Of a DNA stretch of 62,645 bases, positions 1 through 8,317 are shown piece after piece. Under the pieces are notes generated by a model. That model was not told where the DNA came from and ran no database searches. It worked only from the letters and a program-made list of their open reading frames with translations. Source of the DNA: Chlamydiota bacterium. Its GTDB lineage: Bacteria; Chlamydiota; Chlamydiia; Chlamydiales; 2-12-FULL-49-11. Position 1 is the stretch's first letter; each line of letters opens with the position of its first letter. The stretch lies in assembly GCA_947478685.1 (NCBI GenBank), contig CANJWO010000003.1:1-62645 (forward strand). The letters run 5' to 3'. The position numbers and the translations under genes were made by a program.

Positions 1-147
1 AAGTTTACACAGTATGTGCCCTTGGGTTTCATTAGGCATTAGCCGGCGCTGAAGCAGGCCGTGTGTTTTCACACGAGCGATGCAAGCGAATGGAACCCAA
101 GGGATACAGACGCAGTAAAATTATCAATGCAAATTTAATTCGCTATA
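1..147 (+). mobile_element. MITE-like element family A, copy 1 (left 25 nt cut off by the window start)
   Basis: Bases 1-147 match 45446-45592 with one mismatch and 62524-62645 with one mismatch. Ends in the right terminal inverted repeat TATCAATGCAAATTTAATTCGCTATA (122-147). Confidence 0.8.
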
Positions 148-461
148 AATCCCATCTTGCCCGGCGAGCCGTGCAAAGCACTGTCCCACGATCCCCCACT
201 GGGAATCATGGAACCATCCCGCTGACCAACGTCCACCGGACGTTGGATCCAAGACGCGGGCCCCTCCTGCCGGACTCACAATATGTGATTTCTCTTTGCG
301 ATAATCTATTATTGAAGTGGTCATCGAGCGCTTATAAGATAAAATTTTAACCAGTATAAGGTTTTTAATTGCGAAGTTTTAAAGCTCTTATTATGCAGTT
401 TTATATATTAAGATATGGTAAAGTTATTGTCGAAAAATAATAATATACGAGGAGTTGTCAA

Positions 462-1262
462 ATGAATTCTTTAGAAAAAATGAATGGTACAGTCTATCAG
501 AAGGGTATTGAGTGGAAAACAGATAACAATGATGGATCTGTCTATATAAGCAATTGCAGTTTCGCAGATAGAGTAAAGGAAAATTTAGCTACACGGAAGT
601 GGCAAATTTTGGCTGGAGTGGCAATTATTGGAGTTTGTGCTGCTGTACTAGCGATAGCTATCCCGCTATTTTCCGCAACTATAGTACCTGACGTCGCTGT
701 TTTGGGTACAATTTTTGCAATAGATATACTAATAGTCGCTATTCCTTTTGTTCTAGCGAGAATATTTTCATTGCCAACTTCTTTAGCTAAGGTGCGTGCG
801 CCTGCTATGCTTGTTGAAATTCTAGGGCGCAAGGCAGTTGTGCCAGATCGGATTCTACGTAGAAAATCGACAGGACAGGGATTTACAGGATATGCATTTA
901 ACCTAAAATATAGGGTAACTTTAGGCAGAGAGTTTCCTGCTTCGGAAACACTAAAAATGAGATCTGAAATTGATTTAGGATATGAAAGTTCTAGAAAAGA
1001 GCAAAGTCAAATAGGGACAGAAAAGCAGCTTGCCGATTTCGGCAGATATATAAGAATTTCCGAGAGAGCTTTTACAAGACATCTAACTCCAGATCGAATT
1101 CATCAAATTCTCGATGAAACTAAGCTCAATTTTGAATTTGTCCGTAGTCGGATCAAACGTCTTATTGCAGGAGAGACAATTGGAATCTTAAATCCAAAAG
1201 GTGAAGAGCAGCCTGTTACTCCAGATTCGAAGATTCAACCCGGCTGGATTTTAAAGCAGTAG
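462..1262 (+). CDS. Inc-like membrane protein (bilobed hydrophobic domain), candidate type III secreted inclusion-membrane protein
   Basis: 266-aa ORF. Two adjacent hydrophobic segments (WQILAGVAIIGVCAAVLAIAIPLF and VAVLGTIFAIDILIVAIPFVLARIF) are separated by a 7-aa loop about 45 aa from the N-terminus; the rest is hydrophilic. GGAG sits 8 nt upstream of the ATG. No enzyme motif seen. Confidence 0.5.
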   Translation: MNSLEKMNGTVYQKGIEWKTDNNDGSVYISNCSFADRVKENLATRKWQILAGVAIIGVCAAVLAIAIPLFSATIVPDVAVLGTIFAIDILIVAIPFVLARIFSLPTSLAKVRAPAMLVEILGRKAVVPDRILRRKSTGQGFTGYAFNLKYRVTLGREFPASETLKMRSEIDLGYESSRKEQSQIGTEKQLADFGRYIRISERAFTRHLTPDRIHQILDETKLNFEFVRSRIKRLIAGETIGILNPKGEEQPVTPDSKIQPGWILKQ

Positions 1263-1302
1263 ATCAAAAGTCTGACCCCATTGGTTTAGTAATCATATTG
1301 AA

Positions 1303-2520
1303 TTAGGCGGTGCGGTGGCGATGGAAGAAGTAGATGAAGCAGAGGAGGATGAAGATGGAGCCGGTGAGGAGGGGGGCGTAGATGTTGATGGCGGCGAGGG
1401 GGCCGGCGACGAGGGGGGCGATGATTTGACCGATTGACCACATGGATCCGCTGGCTCCCATGGCACGGCCTTGGAGAGCGTCGGGTGTTTCAATGGAGAG
1501 GATAGTTCCTAGGTTGACCCAAGAGAGGGCGCCACCTATGAGGGCGATGGGGATGATAAACCAGAAGGGCCAGAGGGTGTTTGGGTAGACGAAGAGGGCG
1601 ACGCCAACGGAAGAGAGGATTGTCCCTGTGAGAATTAGTTTGTGGAGGGGGAATTTTGCGATGAGTTCCTTGTTTAGATACATGGCAACAAAAAACCAGA
1701 TAAGAGCTTGGTAGGCAAAGATATCGCCGATGGTGCCTGCACTTAGGTGAAATTTTTGGACAAGATAAGTGGGTGAGAAGATAAGAAAAAAGCCCCAGCC
1801 GATTGAGAAGAGAAGGAGGGCTGTAAGAATAATTCTTAATTTTTTCTGATGAAAGACGATCCGAATATCTTTAAACGTTGAGAGGAGGCTGATATGGGCC
1901 CCTTTTCTTTTCCACGTCTCAACAAAAAAGAAATAGACCATAAAAAAATTGATAAGGGCTGCTACAGCTGCAAAGATGAATGCGCCCGACCCAAAGAGCC
2001 AGTTAGGATTGGCAAGTTTTCCGCCTATCCAAGGGCCTGCTACAAATCCAAGACCACCAACTCCAATAAGTAAGCCAAATGCTCTGCTACGATGCTTGGT
2101 ATCAGTGAGATCGGCTGTTGCAGATTGTGCCAATGCAAAATTTCCAGAGCAAAAACCTGTTACCATTCGGCCGATAAATAACCATAAGAGACTTTGAGAA
2201 TAAACGCTTAAGGCCATCAAGGCATAACCAAAGATAGAGAGTCCGATCGTTGCTAAAAAGACTTTATACCGTCCATAATGATCGGCCATTGCTCCTGCAG
2301 CTGGGGCTCCAAAAAATTGGGTCACTCCAAATACAGCAAAAAGGAATCCGAGCATTGTTGTCCGAGTCAGTTCAGATGCATCATGTCCAAAAAAGGCAAG
2401 ATTGGGATTGAGCAAAAGGGGGGCTAAAACGGGGAATACAATTGAATATCCTACAAGATCAAGACCATAAGTAAGTAATATGGTTAAAAATGTCCGGTAA
2501 TCTCTGTCCGATCTAAACAT
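1303..2520 (-). CDS. MFS transporter (drug:H+ antiporter / TetA-like)
   Basis: 405 aa with a multi-TM profile. MFS motif A GAMADHYGRYKV follows TM2. Confidence 0.85.
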   Translation of the reverse strand: MFRSDRDYRTFLTILLTYGLDLVGYSIVFPVLAPLLLNPNLAFFGHDASELTRTTMLGFLFAVFGVTQFFGAPAAGAMADHYGRYKVFLATIGLSIFGYALMALSVYSQSLLWLFIGRMVTGFCSGNFALAQSATADLTDTKHRSRAFGLLIGVGGLGFVAGPWIGGKLANPNWLFGSGAFIFAAVAALINFFMVYFFFVETWKRKGAHISLLSTFKDIRIVFHQKKLRIILTALLLFSIGWGFFLIFSPTYLVQKFHLSAGTIGDIFAYQALIWFFVAMYLNKELIAKFPLHKLILTGTILSSVGVALFVYPNTLWPFWFIIPIALIGGALSWVNLGTILSIETPDALQGRAMGASGSMWSIGQIIAPLVAGPLAAINIYAPLLTGSIFILLCFIYFFHRHRTA

Positions 2521-2614
2521 ATAAATACTATTAATAAGAGATTTCTATTTATAACAAGAGATTTATCTATAGGTAACTGATGACGATGTAACATATTCGT
2601 AATAAGAGTTTTTC

Positions 2615-2695
2615 ACCACAGAGATCACAGAGGACACAGAGAAAAAAAAGTTTTTTTGCGCGTAGCGCCTCCGTGTTCTCTGTGATCTCTGTGGT
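2615..2695. repeat. Palindromic repeat family B, copy 1
   Basis: 27-nt arms ACCACAGAGATCACAGAGGACACAGAG (2615-2641) and CTCCGTGTTCTCTGTGATCTCTGTGGT (2669-2695) are reverse complements at 25/27, around a 27-nt spacer containing GCGCGTAGCGC. A related copy in the opposite orientation lies at 45604-45704. Confidence 0.8.
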
Positions 2696-2725
2696 AAAAA
2701 ATTTTCTATATTGTGGGATACGAGT

Positions 2726-2760
2726 GACAAAATGCACTGCTAGTTGGAGCTAGCAGTGCA
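2726..2760 (-). terminator. Intrinsic terminator downstream of the CPBP protease gene
   Basis: Perfect 11-bp stem TGCACTGCTAG / CTAGCAGTGCA (2733-2743 / 2750-2760) with a 6-nt loop, followed on the minus strand by TTTTG. Lies 14 nt after the stop at 2774. Confidence 0.7.
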
Positions 2761-2773
2761 ATGTTTCCTAGGC

Positions 2774-3748
2774 TTAGAATTCGAATGAGTATGCGAATTG
2801 CGGCTTCCCTACAACAGCAGTAGGGGCTGCAAGCGTGCCTGCCAAAAAGAGGGTGAAATCGTACCAAGCGTGAAGAGCTACGCTCGATTTTAGGGAACGA
2901 TTTTTATGGGTAAGCCATCCCATATAGCCGCCAAGTGAAGTGATAAGCGGGAGACTAAATGAGTAATAACGCCAGCGATCTTTTTCATCTAAGCCTTGAG
3001 CGTTTGGAATATGGACGGCACCAAATACTAATGAAGAGAGGACAATTGCTCCTGTTGGATTTAGACGTTCTGCAAGATACGATTGAAGGTAGCCCCTAAA
3101 AAAAGACTCCTCTCCAACACCAACTGAAAATGCAGCGAGAGGAAATATGTTTGATGATACGCTACAAGAGTTAATATGCATGTCTGTGAAAGCAAAATAG
3201 GAAACAGCGGTTCCGAGTGTGAGTGCGCCGAGTAATCCGCCCCAAACTTCAGGCTTTTTCATCACACTCCATCGAAACGGGGCTGTTGTTAAATCAGATA
3301 GACTATCCATCGGCATTCTATAAGTATAGCCACTTTGTCCATTATTAATTCGGACATCTCTGTAGGCTGCAAAAATACCATAAGACCACATATTTGAAGC
3401 TGTTATGATGCTTACGGCGTCGTGAGTAAAAGCGTTTGTTCCGATTAAAGCACTGGTTGAACCAAATAGGCTTGCCGCTGTCTTTAAGTCGCCTAGATAA
3501 ACATGGCCAAGTCCAGGTACTAAAAATGACAATCCGACAGTTAAGAAGGAGCTTCTCTGGTGTTTTGGCAGTACAGGAATTGTCCCAGTCAATTGCGTTT
3601 CGGGAAGAGTCGGATTTGTAAATGTAGGCTGTTCAAGCATGGTAACTTGTTCTACTACAGGCTCGTCAGAGGTGTCGGCAAATACTAAAGATGATGCAGA
3701 AAGAATAGCGATTAAAAATTTCATGAAGACTCCGATTGTATTTTGCAA
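2774..3748 (-). CDS. CPBP (CAAX protease/bacteriocin-processing, Abi) family intramembrane protease with N-terminal extension
   Basis: Carries the family motifs EESFFRGYL and FGAVH plus HAWYD in a multi-TM C-terminal half. The likely true start is the ATG at 3724 (MKFLIAILSASSLVFA signal peptide). Confidence 0.75.
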   Translation of the reverse strand: MQNTIGVFMKFLIAILSASSLVFADTSDEPVVEQVTMLEQPTFTNPTLPETQLTGTIPVLPKHQRSSFLTVGLSFLVPGLGHVYLGDLKTAASLFGSTSALIGTNAFTHDAVSIITASNMWSYGIFAAYRDVRINNGQSGYTYRMPMDSLSDLTTAPFRWSVMKKPEVWGGLLGALTLGTAVSYFAFTDMHINSCSVSSNIFPLAAFSVGVGEESFFRGYLQSYLAERLNPTGAIVLSSLVFGAVHIPNAQGLDEKDRWRYYSFSLPLITSLGGYMGWLTHKNRSLKSSVALHAWYDFTLFLAGTLAAPTAVVGKPQFAYSFEF

Positions 3749-3775
3749 AGATCTTACAGCTGATGTTGCTTTAAA

Positions 3776-4918
3776 TCAACAACATTGAATAATCTCTTCG
3801 CTTAAGCGAGGGGATTCTTCGACCAGTAATGATGCTTCGCACTTTGTCACAGAAGCGCCTGACTCCTCCCTCAAAGGGGAGGATTGCGGCGTTTCGTCTG
3901 GTGCAGCTGTCTCTTCTTTGATGGACATGGGGATAATTTCACAATTATGCCACGGATAATCTTCGATCATTTTTCGGATAACCTCAATGCTTGAGGCTCT
4001 GTTAATTGCTTCTCTGAGTGCTTTAGCACCATTAATGTTGCGCAAAAACCAACATCCGACTCTGCGTAAGTCGAGGTGAGCCTTTTCAGGGGTTTTATAA
4101 GCAACGATATGTTCTAAATGTTCTAGAAAGATGTCGCGTCCTTCGATTGGGGAGCGGGTTTTTGCTGGGACCCCTTCAAAATGGTTATAGATATCTTCGA
4201 TGAGCCAAGGTTGACCCATTGTCCCGCGGGCAAGTAGAAGAGCATCACAGCCTGTCTCTTTAAACATCCGCTCAGCGTTTGCTATATTGATAATATCGCC
4301 GTTGCCAATCACTTTGATGGTGGTGGCAGCTTCCTTTGCTATTTTAATATAGTCCCAGTTGGCGGGTCCTCTATATGCTTGAGCTCTTGTCCGGCCATGA
4401 ATACAAATAGCTTTTGCCCCTGCAGCTTCTACAATTCTTGTCACTTCAGGAGAGACGATACTTGTGGAATCCCAACCGGCACGAATTTTTACGGTCACAG
4501 GAATTTTAACTGCAGCAACCATATTAGAAACAATTTCACCAATCACTTCGGGATTTTTAAGTAACCCGGAACCGCTACCATCTTTGGTAACTTTGTCAAC
4601 GGGGCAGCCACAATTGAGATCGAGGACATCAAAACCTCGGTCTTCTATCATTCGGGCACACTCGGCTGCAATTTTCGGATTACTGCCACAGAGCTGGGCT
4701 CCAATTGGGTGAATGTCTGGATCTTTGTCTAATAGTGGAAAGGTTTTGAGTTGGTTATAGAGTAAGGCCTCCATTTTCACCATTTCGCAATACATTAGAC
4801 CAGGTTTATATTTAGAGAGCATTCTCCTAAACGGCAAGTCGGAGCATCCTGCAAGCGGTGCACATAAAATATTTGAAGGGAGCTTTAGCGAACCCAAGTA
4901 AAAAGATCGATTTAACAT
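3776..4918 (-). CDS. tRNA-dihydrouridine synthase (Dus family) with about 50-aa acidic/Ser-rich C-terminal tail ending in CC
   Basis: Shows a Dus/TIM-barrel signature: LAPLAGCSDLPFR, LNCGCPVDKV, IHGRTR. Start taken as the ATG at 4918 (the ORF track begins at an upstream TTG, 4930). Confidence 0.85.
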   Translation of the reverse strand: MLNRSFYLGSLKLPSNILCAPLAGCSDLPFRRMLSKYKPGLMYCEMVKMEALLYNQLKTFPLLDKDPDIHPIGAQLCGSNPKIAAECARMIEDRGFDVLDLNCGCPVDKVTKDGSGSGLLKNPEVIGEIVSNMVAAVKIPVTVKIRAGWDSTSIVSPEVTRIVEAAGAKAICIHGRTRAQAYRGPANWDYIKIAKEAATTIKVIGNGDIINIANAERMFKETGCDALLLARGTMGQPWLIEDIYNHFEGVPAKTRSPIEGRDIFLEHLEHIVAYKTPEKAHLDLRRVGCWFLRNINGAKALREAINRASSIEVIRKMIEDYPWHNCEIIPMSIKEETAAPDETPQSSPLREESGASVTKCEASLLVEESPRLSEEIIQCC

Positions 4919-6666
4919 AATTCTTCCCAAAGGATGTAAAGGTGTTCTATTTTAGTTTCAGCTAGTCCGATAGCTGTACAAATTTCATTTAGACCGGCAG
5001 TATCTTGAGCAAAAGAGGGGTCTTCAAGACTGCGCGTTAGCGTTTTAATCTCCTCTTCAAGTTTTAAGATTTTGCTCTCAATCTGTTTTTGCTCTTTATT
5101 AACCTGAGGCGCCTTTTGCTTTTTTACTTGAGGTGCTATTTCGGCTAGGGGTGCTTTTGCCGCTTCCCATTGAGCGTAGTTTGCATAGAGGTCGGTTCTT
5201 GAAGGATCACCAAGGCCTAAAAAGAGGTTACAAATGCGGTCAAGCATGCATCTGTCATGAGTGATAAGGACGACAGCGCCAGGGAAATCGATTAGACTAG
5301 CCTCTAAAGTTTCGAGTGTAGGGATGTCCAAATCGTTTGTCGGTTCATCGAGGAGGAGGAGGTCTGCCGGTTGTAACATGAGGTGGGCTATAGCGATTCG
5401 GGCTCTTTCGCCGCCAGAAAGAGTCGATAGAGGGAGATCTAAAAGATCTGGAGAGAAAAGAAATCTTTTGCACCAACCATTCACGTGGACAGGTGTCCCA
5501 TTGAATGTGACAAAGTCGCCTGTTGGTGAGAGGGCATCCCTTAATGTCATGGTTTCAGGTAGCTTATTTCTATGTTGATCAAAGTAGACTACTTTTAAAT
5601 TATCTGCCCTTTTGATTGTCCCTTGAGCTACAGTTAATTCATCTGCAAGAATTTTAAGTAGAGTGGTCTTTCCCGAACCATTTGGTCCCATAAGTCCAAT
5701 TCTAGTTCCAGGAGAGAGGGTGAAATCGATCCCTTCAAAAAGGGTCCTTTCGTTCATTTTGGCGCTGATATTGTGGGCAACAAGTAGTTTTCTCGTGCTT
5801 CTCTCACTTCCAATAAAATTGATGCCCGCCGTATGTTGCTGATTTCTCTTTTGCACATCTTTTAATGTATCTAATAGCTCATGAGCTTCATTAATACGTG
5901 CTGTCGATTTAGTCGTTCTCGCTTTTGCGTTCGAGCGAAGCCAATCCTGCTCTCGCCTAGCTTTTGATGCAATTGATCGTTCTTGCTGTAGCTGTCCCGT
6001 AAGAAATTCGGCTTTAAGTTCTAAAAAATGGGCATAGGAACCGTTTATGGCAAATAGTCCGTTTGGATGAGTTTTATCAATTTCTATGATTCGATTTGTA
6101 GCATGCTGAAGAAAATACCTGTCATGACTCACGAGGAGATAAGTAGGCGCTTCCTGTTTTAAAAATTTTTCTAACCAGACGATCCCTTCAAGATCCAAAT
6201 GGTTAGTGGGCTCATCAAGGAGGAGGAGTTCAGGTGAGGTGATCATCTCTTGAGCGAGCCTTAACCTTTTTTTCCATCCGCCTGAAAGCTTGGCAGCAGA
6301 TCCTTCAAGACCTGTAAAGCCCAGCTTACTTAGCCACAACTTAACAAGACGCTCTTTCTCATAATCAGGAGTTTGTAAATCATTTTTTAGAGAATTAAAT
6401 AAAACTATAGCAGGCTCTTCATCTTCAAATTCACAGGATTGGGGAAGATAGCCTATTTTTAACCCTCTTTTTAGGGATAAAGTCCCACTATCGGCCTTAT
6501 CAAGCCCTGCAATAATCTTTAATAGAGTCGATTTCCCCGATCCATTTTGTCCAATTAGCCCTATCCGATCACCTTCTAAGATGCTGATAGACAGTTCGTT
6601 AAATAATTCCTTGGTACCAAAAGATTTTGAGAGCGACTCTCCGTTTAATAAGATCATGAAAGGCAT
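4912..6666 (-). CDS. ABC-F family ATPase (Uup/YheS-like, two ATP-binding cassettes, no TM domain)
   Basis: Two Walker A motifs (GQNGSGKST, GPNGSGKTT), two LSGG signatures and a C-terminal coiled coil. Start chosen at the ATG at 6666, preceded by AGAGG; the ORF track start at 6693 is TTG. Confidence 0.85.
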   Translation of the reverse strand: MPFMILLNGESLSKSFGTKELFNELSISILEGDRIGLIGQNGSGKSTLLKIIAGLDKADSGTLSLKRGLKIGYLPQSCEFEDEEPAIVLFNSLKNDLQTPDYEKERLVKLWLSKLGFTGLEGSAAKLSGGWKKRLRLAQEMITSPELLLLDEPTNHLDLEGIVWLEKFLKQEAPTYLLVSHDRYFLQHATNRIIEIDKTHPNGLFAINGSYAHFLELKAEFLTGQLQQERSIASKARREQDWLRSNAKARTTKSTARINEAHELLDTLKDVQKRNQQHTAGINFIGSERSTRKLLVAHNISAKMNERTLFEGIDFTLSPGTRIGLMGPNGSGKTTLLKILADELTVAQGTIKRADNLKVVYFDQHRNKLPETMTLRDALSPTGDFVTFNGTPVHVNGWCKRFLFSPDLLDLPLSTLSGGERARIAIAHLMLQPADLLLLDEPTNDLDIPTLETLEASLIDFPGAVVLITHDRCMLDRICNLFLGLGDPSRTDLYANYAQWEAAKAPLAEIAPQVKKQKAPQVNKEQKQIESKILKLEEEIKTLTRSLEDPSFAQDTAGLNEICTAIGLAETKIEHLYILWEELC

Positions 6667-6774
6667 TATAGACCTCTTGCATAAAAACCGCAAGAATCCG
6701 TATCATTGACGGCGCAACGCGAAAGGGACTTCTATAAAGAGTGACTTTTCGAGAAACCATATAACGAGGTGACT

Positions 6775-7017
6775 ATGAGTAATGAAAGAGAAGAAGAGAT
6801 TGAGCTAAACGAGGCATTTCTTGCAGATTTAGAAAATCTTCTTGATAAACATGAAGATATGAATTCGGTAGAAGTAGTTGTTCAACTACTCTCTATGTCC
6901 TATTCAATTATGCACGAAACAGCTCCTTCTCTTGAAGAAGGTCACGAGTTTATGCAAAAAATGCTCGAAAAAATGTACGAAGCCGAAAGTGGCGTCGAAT
7001 TAATCGACGACGAATAA
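6775..7017 (+). CDS. Small acidic hypothetical protein (80 aa)
   Basis: ORF with GAGG 7 nt upstream of the ATG at 6775, followed by a clean terminator. Very acidic and predicted helical; no recognised family. Confidence 0.5.
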   Translation: MSNEREEEIELNEAFLADLENLLDKHEDMNSVEVVVQLLSMSYSIMHETAPSLEEGHEFMQKMLEKMYEAESGVELIDDE

Positions 7018-7043
7018 GCTGCTTATCTTTTTCTAAGTATTAT

Positions 7044-7073
7044 GACCCGCTCCCTAAAAGGTGCGGGTTTTTT
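7044..7073 (+). terminator. Intrinsic terminator
   Basis: ACCCGC (7045-7050) pairs with GCGGGT (7063-7068) and is followed by a T-run. Lies 27 nt after the stop at 7017. Confidence 0.7.
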
Positions 7074-7091
7074 ATTCCGTGAAAACTGAAG

Positions 7092-7619
7092 TTACCGAAG
7101 TAGCTTGAGCCGTTTCAATAGATAGATATTTTTTGGGTCACTAGTAAGAATTTCATGATCATAGCCAATATCAAAGAGTAGTTCTGCTTTTATGTAATCT
7201 TTTTGGTCAGTACTAAGGATTGAGCCAAAGCTTAGGTGTCCGAATTTCATCATCCGTCTTTCAAGATTGTAAACATACTGGGTGATTTCGCTGCCTGATA
7301 AATAGCCATTGAGAACAAACAATTTTGAGATAGCAGGAATGTTTAATTGCGAGAAGGGCGAGGAAGGGGGGTGATGCCAGGCTATTGTTGCATATGCAAC
7401 CATGTGACCATTTTTAGAAATCATGCTAAATTCATCTGGTAGAAATATGCGCTCTTTAAATAGTACTTGAGTGCGCTCTCTAATTGGTGTGGAATTTGTG
7501 CGCAAAGGGAGGCTGAAACCGATTATGGAGGAGGTTAAGGATGGAAGGGTTCTCATAGAATTTGTTAATGCATGCATAGAAGAAACACTATACTGAAAAG
7601 GGGTGTTTTTAAAAATCAA
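7092..7619 (-). CDS. Hypothetical protein (possibly a degenerate GNAT-like fold)
   Basis: 175-aa ORF with a TTG start, 2 nt downstream of the preceding gene. The segment LFVLNGYLSGSEITQYVYNLERRMMKFG ... AELLFDIGYDH loosely resembles the GNAT beta4-alpha3 and C-terminal motifs. This is a weak assignment. Confidence 0.4.
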   Translation of the reverse strand: MIFKNTPFQYSVSSMHALTNSMRTLPSLTSSIIGFSLPLRTNSTPIRERTQVLFKERIFLPDEFSMISKNGHMVAYATIAWHHPPSSPFSQLNIPAISKLFVLNGYLSGSEITQYVYNLERRMMKFGHLSFGSILSTDQKDYIKAELLFDIGYDHEILTSDPKNIYLLKRLKLLR

Positions 7620-7621
7620 AA

Positions 7622-8311
7622 TTAGTTCGGTTGTCTAAAAAATTCCCGTGTCAATTTGGAGACTTTTTTACTGTAGAAAATTGTTTTGTGGCCGCTTTTT
7701 ACTATGACAAGCTCGTGCGGCGAGAGGAGGAAGGTCTCTTTAACGGCAACGGTACCATCGTTTGCCTCTTTGAGGATTGGATTGAAGCCGAGACTACCTG
7801 CGATGACAAGGGTTTTTTCTATAGAACTTGGAAAGTCTCCATAGGTTTCTAAGTAATTGTTCATGGTCATCAGTTCTTTGCCGGAGTAATCTTTTAAGAT
7901 TCGCCGAGCAATTGCGAACCTGCCAAGCCACCGAGCCCAAGCCGATCCTTGTAATGGGGGCGCAATTAATACCATTCGTCCTATTTTTGCCTCGATTGGT
8001 GCATCCGGGTGATTAAGGGCTGCGAGTAAGACTAGACTTCCCATTGAATGGGTAACAAAGTGGATAGGCCTGCCTGGTTTCTCTTTGGCTAATAGGGTCA
8101 ATTGCTTCGCTAGGATTTCGCCATGATTTTTAATATAATCATCTGTGCTTGGATAGCCCCAATTGATCACACTCCAGCCGTCTTGTTTAAGGTTTTTTTC
8201 AAGAAATTTCATACACCAGGGACCTCCCATGATTCCGTGGATGCAGACAACAAAATCATCAGAGGCTAGTAGTTTTGTCGTTAATAGAATACAAATAAGC
8301 AGTTTTTTCAT
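7622..8311 (-). CDS. Secreted alpha/beta-hydrolase (lipase/esterase, PGAP1/DUF676-like)
   Basis: Signal peptide MKKLLICILLTTKLLAS and nucleophile elbow THSMGS. Candidate Asp (NDGTV) and His (SGHKT) complete a triad. Confidence 0.7.
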   Translation of the reverse strand: MKKLLICILLTTKLLASDDFVVCIHGIMGGPWCMKFLEKNLKQDGWSVINWGYPSTDDYIKNHGEILAKQLTLLAKEKPGRPIHFVTHSMGSLVLLAALNHPDAPIEAKIGRMVLIAPPLQGSAWARWLGRFAIARRILKDYSGKELMTMNNYLETYGDFPSSIEKTLVIAGSLGFNPILKEANDGTVAVKETFLLSPHELVIVKSGHKTIFYSKKVSKLTREFFRQPN

Positions 8312-8317
8312 AAAATA

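Noticed and set aside
148-300. Possibility that the C-rich tract after MITE copy 1 is SRP RNA, tmRNA, RNase P RNA or a tRNA
   Set aside because: On neither strand could I find the conserved features I know: the SRP helix-8 GGAA/AGCA loops, the tmRNA or tRNA T-arm GGTTCGA(A/T)TCC with a CCA end, or the RNase P conserved regions. It is kept only as an unassigned tract in the findings.
63-350. ORFs 63..350(+) and 45508..45744(+), both starting MFSHERCKRMEPKGYRRSKIINANLIRY
   Set aside because: The shared N-terminus lies entirely inside the MITE, and the sequences diverge as soon as they leave it. They are repeat-generated ORFs with no ribosome-binding site, not paralogous genes.
1293-1493. Low-complexity ORFs 1293..1493(-), 30709..30987(-) and 30854..31102(+) (Ser/Pro-rich or Asp/Glu/Gly-rich)
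   Set aside because: They lie in alternative frames or antisense to well-supported genes (MFS, pdhC, corA). They are a by-product of the NNC/GNN periodicity of those gene tails.
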